IMG/VR virus record: IMGVR_UViG_3300033076_001145
Coordinates: 1-64,000 of that record
Origin: a virus
Lineage: Duplodnaviria; Caudoviricetes
Strand: one strand, 5' to 3'
Length of the DNA: 64,000 nt
Under the pieces are notes generated by a model. That model saw nothing but the letters and a program-made list of their open reading frames with translations, searched no databases and was not told the DNA's origin. Positions 48,853 through 57,768 of the stretch are shown here, in pieces. The position numbers and the translations under genes are program-made. The first letter of the stretch is position 1, and each line of letters starts with the position of its first letter.

Positions 48853-50721
48853 TTATCTTAACTCGTTTAAGTCGAATGTACGTACTCCATCAACTGTGAT
48901 ACGTCCGAAGAAACGGTTGTTAACCATCTTCTTAGCGTAACGTGTCATGATACCTTTGATAGGTGTGAAGTTGAATGGGTTGTACATAGTTGGTGTTAAT
49001 TGTAATGGTACGTATGGAGCGTAGATGTAACCAGTATCCAACAAAGAAGTACCTTTGTGACCAATCAAGATAGTGTTTGGTGGGAAGTATGGGTCACGAT
49101 ACACTTGGTAACGTCCACTCAATGTTCCAACTCTTTCAATACCCATGTTATATTGGTCTTGCTCAGGAGCTGCGTTTGATACGTGGAAGTATTGTAAATC
49201 ATCAAAAATCGCAGAGATTTCAGAAGATACAACAATCCAGTTAGCACCACCTCTCAAAGTAGACTTGTGGATTTGAGCTGAGATTTGGTTAATCGCAGTA
49301 ATCAAAGTTTGGTTCCAGTCTTTTTGAGTGTATGGAGTTGCTTGGTTATTCAGTCTCTTCCATCCGTTGTAATCCCAACGTAATGTCCAAGCCGCACCTT
49401 TACGTAAGTCACGTAAGATTTCACGGTCAATTTCAGCCGCAACTTGCTCTGACAATAATGCTGTCAATTCAGCTTCAGCATCGATGTTGTGGAATGCCGC
49501 AACGTCTTGAGCCAATTCAGGAGACCATTGTGCTCTTAACTTTCTTTCAGTTACAGAAACTGTTACTGACTCTAAGTTGAAAGAAACTTCACCAATTTTG
49601 TCTTCGAATTCTAATTCTTCATAACGTCTCCAAGCCGCTGTAATATTAGTAGTACCTGACCATACAGAGTTGGTTAATGTTGCTCCTGAATAACCGTCAG
49701 GTGTTGATTGAGAACATGCAATACATGCAGGAACTTGTGTGTCAATCTCTAAATAAATTACTCCCGCCGCATTACAAATGTTATAAAAACTACCACCATT
49801 ACCGTCAGTTGGATATGTAGTTTTTGTTTGAGTTCCGTAATCAACAATACCGCTACCGTATTTTTGAGTAACAACACGATAAAGTAGTGGAGTCGCAGTA
49901 GAAGTTCCTAAATTAGTCGCAGCTGCTGAAACATTTGTAAATAACACTAAATTAGACAAAAATGATTCAGTATCCATTTCTTGACCATCAGGACCTATTA
50001 ATTTTCCGTCCCCAACTGTGGTAAATCCAGATAAACCAACAATGATTTTTCTAAATTCTTTAGTTCCACTAGCGGCTTCACCATTTACAGTATAACCTGA
50101 AACAATCAAATTACCATTACTCCAAGCAACTGTTTGAGTAAGTGCGGTCATTACTGTAAATCTTCCTTTAGAATAATCAAATAAACCAGCAGGATTTAAT
50201 CCAGGTTCAGTACCTTCATAGAACAAATCGTAAAGATTTTTAGCATATGGAGTACCAACATTTGACCCAGGATAACCAGCATTTGCATCTCCACCATAAT
50301 TCCCTGGAGAACCTTGTGGTGCGAAATGGTCACCTGAATTAGTATTTCCTCCGGGATATAGAGCGTTTGTTGAAGCTCCAGTATATCCTTGGATTTGAGG
50401 TACGAAGTAGAACAATTTACCGATTGGTAAGTTCATAGCTTGTACAGAAACGATGTCATTCGCTAACAATTTAGAGAATACACGTCTGATGATTGGGAAT
50501 ACAACAGTTTCAAATGAACCTGAATCCGCAGTTGATGATGACTCGTTGATTAAGTGAGAAGCTTGGTTCTCATACAACTGTGCAACATTTTCTTTTAGGT
50601 GGCCTCTAAGACCTTCTAGGAACCCTAATTTGTCCCATTTGCTTATAGTGTCTTCTTTGATAACTTTAAGGTGCTTAAGACCGATGTTACCAACTAATCC
50701 ACTTTCTAATAATGCTCCCAT
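48853..50721 (-). CDS. gp23: Major capsid protein, T4 gp23-like
   Basis: IRRVF...SVQAM..P.G, RKLRAQWSPELAQD..A.H.IDAEAEL, EIDREI, YAPYVPL, GIMTRY. Confidence 0.97.
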   Translation of the reverse strand: MGALLESGLVGNIGLKHLKVIKEDTISKWDKLGFLEGLRGHLKENVAQLYENQASHLINESSSTADSGSFETVVFPIIRRVFSKLLANDIVSVQAMNLPIGKLFYFVPQIQGYTGASTNALYPGGNTNSGDHFAPQGSPGNYGGDANAGYPGSNVGTPYAKNLYDLFYEGTEPGLNPAGLFDYSKGRFTVMTALTQTVAWSNGNLIVSGYTVNGEAASGTKEFRKIIVGLSGFTTVGDGKLIGPDGQEMDTESFLSNLVLFTNVSAAATNLGTSTATPLLYRVVTQKYGSGIVDYGTQTKTTYPTDGNGGSFYNICNAAGVIYLEIDTQVPACIACSQSTPDGYSGATLTNSVWSGTTNITAAWRRYEELEFEDKIGEVSFNLESVTVSVTERKLRAQWSPELAQDVAAFHNIDAEAELTALLSEQVAAEIDREILRDLRKGAAWTLRWDYNGWKRLNNQATPYTQKDWNQTLITAINQISAQIHKSTLRGGANWIVVSSEISAIFDDLQYFHVSNAAPEQDQYNMGIERVGTLSGRYQVYRDPYFPPNTILIGHKGTSLLDTGYIYAPYVPLQLTPTMYNPFNFTPIKGIMTRYAKKMVNNRFFGRITVDGVRTFDLNELR

Positions 50722-50754
50722 TTTATTTTTTAGGTTTTATTATTTTATTGTTTA

Positions 50755-52245
50755 TTATTTTATTATTTTTGACATAATGTCTTTCATTCTCAGGAATTGA
50801 GGATTTTCATATGTTTTTGATTCAATCAAATTAACTGATGAACCTGACTTTTGGTCGGTATCAATAATTCTTTCAATTGATTCAGTAACAGGTTTTCTCA
50901 CATCTTCTCCTGACAACTCATCTTTAATTGTTTTATAAAGAGCTTTAGACTCTTTAATAGTTTCTGCAGAATCAAATCTTCTCAAAATGTTAATTTTTTC
51001 TTGCTTAGACGTTGAATGTTCTGTGAACAATCTTGTAGCATATGCCAAATTAGAATTAAATATAGCAACTTCGTTAAGTTTATCTCTAAACATATTTAGA
51101 GCCTTTCTATATTCTTCATTTTTAGCCTTTAACGTTTCGACTTCTCTTTGAACTGACTCGGTGTGTGTTCTCGCACTTTCTTGTCCTGCTCTTGCACCTT
51201 TTTTCAAAGCTCCTTTTCTCCAACCTGTACCATAAGTACGAGCCGCTTCGGTAGCTTCTTCTTTAGATAATTTGATACCTGTTCTACTTGGCATTTCAAA
51301 AGTTTCACCTTCTTTAAATTCGAATTTCGCTTTACCCATACCAACACCTTTAGTACCTTGTTTCATCTTTTCTTTGAATCCTCCTGTAGATTTTTTATAT
51401 GAGAATTTAGAAGCCGAACCTGTCTTAGCTCCTTTACCTACTTTAGGTTTAGAAGATAATTTAGATTCATAAACGTTATCCATTTCTTCTAACTCGTCTT
51501 CATCATTGTCATCATCTGTAGCGTCCAAAGCAATTTCATAAATTGTTTCATCCATTTCTTCTTCTGACCATGACTCATCCATTTCATCATACTCTGATTC
51601 ATACATTTCTTCTGAATCCTCTTCCATTTCGTCTTCTTCGTGCATTTTTGACTTAGGAACAAACATTGCGTCTTTTGTATTTGACTTTACTTCTTTTTCT
51701 TTCTTCTCTGATTTTTCTTCGAATAATGAATCATCCATATCATCAAAATCTTCTTCGTCTTGGATTATGTATTCTACGTCTTCAGAATCATCAGTTAAAT
51801 GAATATAATCACCGTCTTTTGTTACTGTGATTTCATCTTCAGCTGACATTGCTTTGAAAACTTTCAATACTTCCTCGTCAGAAGCGTCAGTTAAGTCAAT
51901 GGTTTCATCATCCATATCAATGTCCATGTCATTCATACCCATGTCGTCAGAATCGTCATCGTCCATGTCCATGTTATCCATGTCCATTTCTAATTCGTCT
52001 TCATCATCACCTGAGATTTCCATGTCATCCACATCAATTTCGTCAGAATCTTCATCTTTGTCGATATCAATCATTTCGATATCGTCTGATTGTTCATTAG
52101 TCTCATTTTTCATAGACTCTTTTACTAATTCGCTAATTTCTTCCTTCATTGTAGAAGCAAGTATTTCTTTTGCGTTTTCGTTAATAACCTCTTCCAAATT
52201 TTGAATTTGGATTAATGTTTCTTCAACTAAATTTTTTTCTGCCAT
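50755..52245 (-). CDS. Prohead core/scaffold protein (gp22-like) with a very acidic central region
   Basis: Directly upstream of the MCP; D/E/M-rich tract; C-terminal coiled coil; many xxE motifs. Confidence 0.75.
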   Translation of the reverse strand: MAEKNLVEETLIQIQNLEEVINENAKEILASTMKEEISELVKESMKNETNEQSDDIEMIDIDKDEDSDEIDVDDMEISGDDEDELEMDMDNMDMDDDDSDDMGMNDMDIDMDDETIDLTDASDEEVLKVFKAMSAEDEITVTKDGDYIHLTDDSEDVEYIIQDEEDFDDMDDSLFEEKSEKKEKEVKSNTKDAMFVPKSKMHEEDEMEEDSEEMYESEYDEMDESWSEEEMDETIYEIALDATDDDNDEDELEEMDNVYESKLSSKPKVGKGAKTGSASKFSYKKSTGGFKEKMKQGTKGVGMGKAKFEFKEGETFEMPSRTGIKLSKEEATEAARTYGTGWRKGALKKGARAGQESARTHTESVQREVETLKAKNEEYRKALNMFRDKLNEVAIFNSNLAYATRLFTEHSTSKQEKINILRRFDSAETIKESKALYKTIKDELSGEDVRKPVTESIERIIDTDQKSGSSVNLIESKTYENPQFLRMKDIMSKIIK

Positions 52246-52310
52246 TTTGCATTTTTTTAATAAATATGTAGATATTCTAAAAAATACGTTTTATGGGGAT
52301 AAAAAAACAA

Positions 52311-52334
52311 AAAAGGGAACTTTCGTTCCCTTTT
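52311..52334 (-). terminator. Rho-independent terminator
   Basis: aaaagggaac-tttc-gttccctttt. Confidence 0.85.
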
Positions 52335-52355
52335 GTTAAATGGTTAATAATTTTT

Positions 52356-52571
52356 TTATTCGAAAATCTCATCGATTTTACTTTCAGCAACTGAAGTAAT
52401 TCTCCAATCATAACTAAAAGATTCGTAAGCCTTTGTAACCTTTGCCTCCACATCTGTTACATTGTAACCCTTAACGAGTTTTTCTTCTCTTACTTTTTTA
52501 ATTTTTCCTGAGTTTTCATCTGGCAAATCATATTGAACTTTTGCCACAAAGTATTTTTCGTCCATTTCCAT
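52356..52571 (-). CDS. DUF4494-like small protein
   Basis: F.AKV.Y....GKIKKV.E..LV.....T..EA, resembling Bacteroidota DUF4494. Confidence 0.6.
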   Translation of the reverse strand: MEMDEKYFVAKVQYDLPDENSGKIKKVREEKLVKGYNVTDVEAKVTKAYESFSYDWRITSVAESKIDEIFE

Positions 52572-52577
52572 AATTGA

Positions 52578-53297
52578 TTATTTTCCTAAATAATCGTTTA
52601 ATTTATTCATTAAATCAAGTGATTTTAATCCACCTCTCTCTAAATTTTGTAATTTTTCCTCTTGTAGATTTTCCTCAAATTTGTATTGGTCATCTTTTTC
52701 TTTGAATAGGTACGCTCCAGGTGTGGATGGTGCTTGGACTAAGTCAAAACAGATTAATTCAAAGTCGTCCTGAACTTCGTTTTGTTCTCCCACTTTTTTT
52801 AATGAACCAACACCTCGAGATGATATACCCAAAGTGACACCAAGTCTTAATAGATTAGCCGCTTGGTCTCCCTTTGTAGATACAATACCTCTTTCATGAA
52901 ATCCTGGTGACGTTAATAATTTTAATTTACCAATTAAAATATTTTTATCCCACCAAATATCAGTTATAATATGAGATACTCTATCCAAATCAATTAATGA
53001 TGATTCGGGGTGATTAAGTTCAGACAATGCTGTATTTTTCTTAATATAATTTTTAGTATAGTTATCTGCTTCTCTTTTTAATACTCTTTCAGGATATATT
53101 CTACCATTTCTATTCGGGGTATTAAACTTTTGTAACACCGCATAAAACTCAAATGGTTTAGAATAATCACCCACTTCGAATGATTCTTTTATTATTCTAT
53201 CATTAGAGAATTCAATGGGTGACACATACCCTGCGTCATATTCAACAAGAATTCCCTTACCCGTATCTTTTGGCCCTAAAATTTTATAATTTTGCAT
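52578..53297 (-). CDS. gp21: Prohead protease, T4 gp21-like
   Basis: NRNGRIYP, ELNHP, VSH, GISSRGVGS, FDLVQAPSTPGA. Confidence 0.95.
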   Translation of the reverse strand: MQNYKILGPKDTGKGILVEYDAGYVSPIEFSNDRIIKESFEVGDYSKPFEFYAVLQKFNTPNRNGRIYPERVLKREADNYTKNYIKKNTALSELNHPESSLIDLDRVSHIITDIWWDKNILIGKLKLLTSPGFHERGIVSTKGDQAANLLRLGVTLGISSRGVGSLKKVGEQNEVQDDFELICFDLVQAPSTPGAYLFKEKDDQYKFEENLQEEKLQNLERGGLKSLDLMNKLNDYLGK

Positions 53298-53322
53298 TTT
53301 GAAAGTTTATTAATAAATAGTA

Positions 53323-53775
53323 TTAAATTTCTATTTTAACTTTCTTATCAGTTTTTGTTAGGTGAAATGTAAATAATTCATTATTCCTCATTATCTCTTT
53401 GGAGATTGAATCGATAATTTCTTTTACTGAGTTTTTAATTTTAGTGGATTTGAAATCGGTTTCTCCTTTAATAAAGAGAGTTATTTCTAAATTCATAAAT
53501 GACTTTTTATTCAGACAAATCCCGCTAGAACGTAAATCCAAATCAATTATAATTTTGTTTTCATATAAAAATTGATTTAATATTTCGTAAATGTGATTTT
53601 TAACTTTTTTATTAAATAATGACACGGGTCGTTCCCAATTTTCATTATATATTTTTGGTTTCACCCAAGATTGTATGTTTATATAGATTGATTTTAAATT
53701 TTTAGCATCTACCGTACCGTAACTACATTTAAAATTTCGATATCCCTTTATCACACAGGATTTCCCTTTTTTCAT
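53323..53775 (-). CDS. Hypothetical protein
   Basis: 150-aa ORF with its own promoter-like element. Confidence 0.7.
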   Translation of the reverse strand: MKKGKSCVIKGYRNFKCSYGTVDAKNLKSIYINIQSWVKPKIYNENWERPVSLFNKKVKNHIYEILNQFLYENKIIIDLDLRSSGICLNKKSFMNLEITLFIKGETDFKSTKIKNSVKEIIDSISKEIMRNNELFTFHLTKTDKKVKIEI

Positions 53776-53808
53776 TTTTGACTCATATCAAAGTTTATTA
53801 TTAATATA

Positions 53809-53837
53809 AATCTACCAAAAATTAACCATAATGTCAA
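53809..53837 (-). promoter_or_regulatory. Sigma70-like promoter TTGACA-N17-TAGATT
   Basis: Perfect -35 and 17-nt spacer, immediately after a terminator and upstream of 53775. Confidence 0.5.
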
Positions 53838-53841
53838 AAAT

Positions 53842-53866
53842 AAAAAGTCCGTAATATACGGACTTT
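53842..53866 (-). terminator. Rho-independent terminator
   Basis: aaagtccgta-ata-tacggacttt with a minus-strand T-run. Confidence 0.8.
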
Positions 53867-53891
53867 AGATAAAATATAAAAATAATTTTTA

Positions 53892-54593
53892 TTATTTTTT
53901 TAAACCTTCATTTAGAGTTAAAAGTTTAACATATTCCTTTTTAGAAAATTCTGTGTTTTCTATTTTTTTAACAGTCTCAGACAATGTAGATTTTACCGAT
54001 TCATCAGATTCACTAATCATACTATTAATTGTTGAGATGGTATTTTCTTTTAACTCTTTGAATTTTTCTTTTAAAATGTCCTCAGATTTTAAAACTTCCA
54101 TTACTTTCTCTCTGTCAGATTCATTTAAAGTATCCAAGTGTTTTTTAATTGTGTTATTTGCAACTTTCACTAAAGAACTAATAGGTAATTTAACTGACTC
54201 TTTAATCTTTGGTTTTTTTGATAATCCCTCAACAATACCTTTTTTTATTTTAAATTTTTTCTCAAAATCATCAGAAGTAATGAACTCATCAATATCTGAA
54301 TACTTATTCTCACATTGAATTCCTTTTGACCATTTTAAAATAGTCTGAATTGTCGATTCTTTTAATGTTATACTTTTTAAATCAGAGATAATTTCATCGA
54401 ACATAAATGTTGCAACGTCTTTATCATACCCTTTATTTTCCAATAAAGAGTCGTATTTCATCATCATTTTTCCAAATGATTTATCTTCTTTGATTATCTT
54501 ATTGAAAACCTTTAAATCGCTCTTTAATTCATTTTTTATAAATGAGTCAACCAATTTGTTTTCTACTATTGTTTTTAATTCTCCAAATTTCAT
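53892..54593 (-). CDS. Hypothetical helical head-assembly protein
   Basis: Between portal and protease; repeated LKES/IKES/LNES/LNEG motifs. Confidence 0.65.
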   Translation of the reverse strand: MKFGELKTIVENKLVDSFIKNELKSDLKVFNKIIKEDKSFGKMMMKYDSLLENKGYDKDVATFMFDEIISDLKSITLKESTIQTILKWSKGIQCENKYSDIDEFITSDDFEKKFKIKKGIVEGLSKKPKIKESVKLPISSLVKVANNTIKKHLDTLNESDREKVMEVLKSEDILKEKFKELKENTISTINSMISESDESVKSTLSETVKKIENTEFSKKEYVKLLTLNEGLKK

Positions 54594-54615
54594 CTTATTA
54601 ATTTATTAATAAATA

Positions 54616-56430
54616 TTAATCATTTAACAAGTTTTTCAAAGTACTGTCCATTTCGAGTAATGTTTTTTTGGCTTTACTCAAATCTATCTCCTCATTGTCA
54701 TTCGCCCAATCACCTTCCAATATAATATTTAGTTTGGTTTCCATTGATTCGGGGGCTAATCCAGGTCCTCCTGCCGGTTCAGATGGAGGTGCCGGAGATT
54801 CAGATGGTGGTGGTGGGGTAAATCCTCCACCTATATCACCACCAGGTGTTTCTCCACCTTCAGCAGGTGCTGCGGGTTGTTCTCCTTCTTTCTTACCATA
54901 TAATCTATCTAAATTATCAAATAAACCTGTATGTGTAATAACCTGAGCAGTATTTGTTAATTCTGCCCCTACCGCCTTTTCAATTCTTTGTTGTTGTAAA
55001 TCCAACTTAATTTCTTCATCAGAAAATCCTAAAATATGTTTCTTAGCCCATGATATTGATGTAGGAGCAATTCCTTCAATCGGAGAAACCATGTCTTTAT
55101 ATAGTAGAATCTTTTCTTTCCATACATCAACTCCCAACAAATCAGCTTGTTTTGATGGGTTAGTTAATGACAATGTAAAGTTGGATATTTCATCTTCAAA
55201 TCCAAGTAAGAATAAATGTACAATAGCAATTTTATTCAATTCCTGTAACATACTTTTTTGTATTCTATTGATAGTTCTCGCAAAACGTATGTCCATAAGT
55301 GCTAAGTTCTTACCGTCACCAACAGACTCCTCAAATCCTAAAAATCCTTTAGGTACTCTTAACGCTGTTAATAATTTCTTTTGGATGTACTCAATATCCG
55401 CAATTTCAGAAAGGTTTTGAGCTCCAGGTAGTGTCTCAATTGGAGATGCTTGTGACGGGTCACGAACAGGAACAAAATAATCTTGGTCGACGGCCATTTG
55501 ATTAAATCTCATATCCACATTTCCACTTTGTGGGTCAACGGTTTGAGACCTTTTGAATTTATTTGCAAATCTTTGGATATATGGTTCAACATCCGCATCA
55601 TCCATATTACCAACAAATACCTTAAATACCCTTCTTTCAGGTGCTCTTGATGTTCTATAAATTAACATCGCATCTTCAGACAATAATAACTGTTTCCAAA
55701 TTCTTCTCGCCTTTTCCAACATAGAAGTCCCATATGGTAATCTTCTATCGTCACCTAACAATCTAAAGTGAGCAATTTCCCAAGAATTGAATTCCATATC
55801 CTTTTGTTTCCATTTGAATTTTAGAACTCTTTTAGATGGGTCAGTTTCAGGGTCAGTTTTCTTAACGCCCATTCCCGCCTCATGTCTTTCAATCTCAATG
55901 TTTGGTAATTGCATACATCCAACAACTCCCTTTTCAGGATTCAATTTTAAGAATACAAAGTTGTCACCATACTTACATGTGTTTCGAGTCCACATTGGTA
56001 AGTTGGTATTGATGTCCAAAGAATTAATAAATAAATCGACTAATATTGATTTGATTCGTTTTGAATCAGAATAGATTTGTAGGATGTGTCCATCTTGGTT
56101 AGATGTAGTCGATTCTTCAGCATATATATCCAACGCCGCTGAAATCTCAGGAGTAAATTCCATCGATTCATAATCATAAAAAGATGCCAATCTTGTTGGT
56201 TCATAATATACCGCTTGGGTATAAAGATTGTTTTCAATCCTCCCCCATTGGTTTGCCAAATAGTATGTTTGTCTGGCTTCTAATTTTTCTTTTTCATATT
56301 CTTGTTTAGAAGTTGTCTTTAAAAGTTCTTTCTTATCGAATGAATACGTTGGGTAATCTTGTCCCAATAGTGAATTAGGTCCAAATGCCTGTGATAACCT
56401 TTGCCAAACTGTTAAATTTTTTTCACTCAT
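54616..56430 (-). CDS. gp20: Portal protein, T4 gp20-like
   Basis: EDAMLIYRTSRAPERRVF, QDYFVP, IETLPG, ALRVP, DIRFARTI. Confidence 0.95.
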   Translation of the reverse strand: MSEKNLTVWQRLSQAFGPNSLLGQDYPTYSFDKKELLKTTSKQEYEKEKLEARQTYYLANQWGRIENNLYTQAVYYEPTRLASFYDYESMEFTPEISAALDIYAEESTTSNQDGHILQIYSDSKRIKSILVDLFINSLDINTNLPMWTRNTCKYGDNFVFLKLNPEKGVVGCMQLPNIEIERHEAGMGVKKTDPETDPSKRVLKFKWKQKDMEFNSWEIAHFRLLGDDRRLPYGTSMLEKARRIWKQLLLSEDAMLIYRTSRAPERRVFKVFVGNMDDADVEPYIQRFANKFKRSQTVDPQSGNVDMRFNQMAVDQDYFVPVRDPSQASPIETLPGAQNLSEIADIEYIQKKLLTALRVPKGFLGFEESVGDGKNLALMDIRFARTINRIQKSMLQELNKIAIVHLFLLGFEDEISNFTLSLTNPSKQADLLGVDVWKEKILLYKDMVSPIEGIAPTSISWAKKHILGFSDEEIKLDLQQQRIEKAVGAELTNTAQVITHTGLFDNLDRLYGKKEGEQPAAPAEGGETPGGDIGGGFTPPPPSESPAPPSEPAGGPGLAPESMETKLNIILEGDWANDNEEIDLSKAKKTLLEMDSTLKNLLND

Positions 56431-56469
56431 AATTTAAATAATAACTAATAATAAATAGTAAGAAATAGT

Positions 56470-57768
56470 TTAGCAACCTTTTAGTTTTATAAATGATGGA
56501 ACTTGGTCACCATTTTCAAACTCATTCAACGAACCCCTAAGAAAATATCCACCATTATTTGATTTATATATAAAATTAGTTGGAATAGTCCGTGCGGGGG
56601 GAGTAACAAAATTTTCAATGTTAAATGTTTCATCAACACTACCATCTGAATTTAGTCTAACATATGTTTGTACGGTGCCAATATTTACATTATTGTAAGA
56701 CACAATAATTTTACCATCTGAATCCAAACTTATTGATGTTACTGGTCCTTTAATGTCAGGATTAACAAAATCAGTATCAACAATACCGAATCCTCCATTA
56801 CCGTTCGTGTCATATCTTAAAATATAATCATATCCTTCAATATTTGTAAAATACCCTCCAATTAATAACATACCATTTCCAACATGTTTTATTGACGTGA
56901 TTGGTTTTGTAATATCTGTAAATGGAGAATATCTTTCATCATCAATACCTCCAATTTGGTCTATTGAACAAAAATTTATTATTGGTAATTCTTGGTATTC
57001 ATTAAATGAACCTCCAATATATACTTTATAATTTTCAGGACTATTTGTAGGTATTATTTCCATACAAGTAACATAGGATTGTGAAGCTGGAAAAAATTGT
57101 GTTGTTGAACTAAATCCAAAAGTTTGTTGGTTGTAAAAATTTAAATCAATACCATTTATTAAATCTAATTTATAGATTTGTTGGAAGTATTGAAGGGTGG
57201 ATAGATAACCGACTTTAAATGGAGTTGCTCCCCCTTTTAAATAAATAATCACTTTATTGTCGGGCGTATAAATTGAAACTCCTTTCGTTATACTATTTTG
57301 CTTATTAAAATTTGTATAGAAACTATTATCTATTGTTAAATCAGGATTAACTTTTTTAACAAAGGTTGGAAAATTTCCAGTGATAAGATATTGATTAAGT
57401 GGTAATTGTATAACTGATGTTACTGCTGATAATGAACTGTTATTATATATTAATTCTCCATTCCTACTATCAACTACAGAGGTCCCAAGATTCCTACCTA
57501 AAATTAATTTATTTTTACCATAAAATGGATTTTCATCAATACATACATTTACTAACCCTGTTTGTTGATATCTAAAATTATCATCATATAACCCCTCATT
57601 CGTAGTACATGGAATAAAATTATTCTCATCGGTTGGTAATTGTCGGTATTGATTAGTGTCCGAAAATTCGTTTTTAGGAACAATGGTTGAGGATACCCCA
57701 ATATTATTTGTTACCATTTTGGTTCCGTTAAATCTTCTATTTGTTCTTTTTCTATTACTTAATCCCAT
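56470..57768 (-). CDS. Delta-60-repeat beta-propeller protein with a basic N-terminus
   Basis: VRLNSDGSVDETF, KVNPDLTIDNSF, IGGSF/IGGYF repeats; ATG at 57768 overlaps the terminase stop. Confidence 0.7.
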   Translation of the reverse strand: MGLSNRKRTNRRFNGTKMVTNNIGVSSTIVPKNEFSDTNQYRQLPTDENNFIPCTTNEGLYDDNFRYQQTGLVNVCIDENPFYGKNKLILGRNLGTSVVDSRNGELIYNNSSLSAVTSVIQLPLNQYLITGNFPTFVKKVNPDLTIDNSFYTNFNKQNSITKGVSIYTPDNKVIIYLKGGATPFKVGYLSTLQYFQQIYKLDLINGIDLNFYNQQTFGFSSTTQFFPASQSYVTCMEIIPTNSPENYKVYIGGSFNEYQELPIINFCSIDQIGGIDDERYSPFTDITKPITSIKHVGNGMLLIGGYFTNIEGYDYILRYDTNGNGGFGIVDTDFVNPDIKGPVTSISLDSDGKIIVSYNNVNIGTVQTYVRLNSDGSVDETFNIENFVTPPARTIPTNFIYKSNNGGYFLRGSLNEFENGDQVPSFIKLKGC

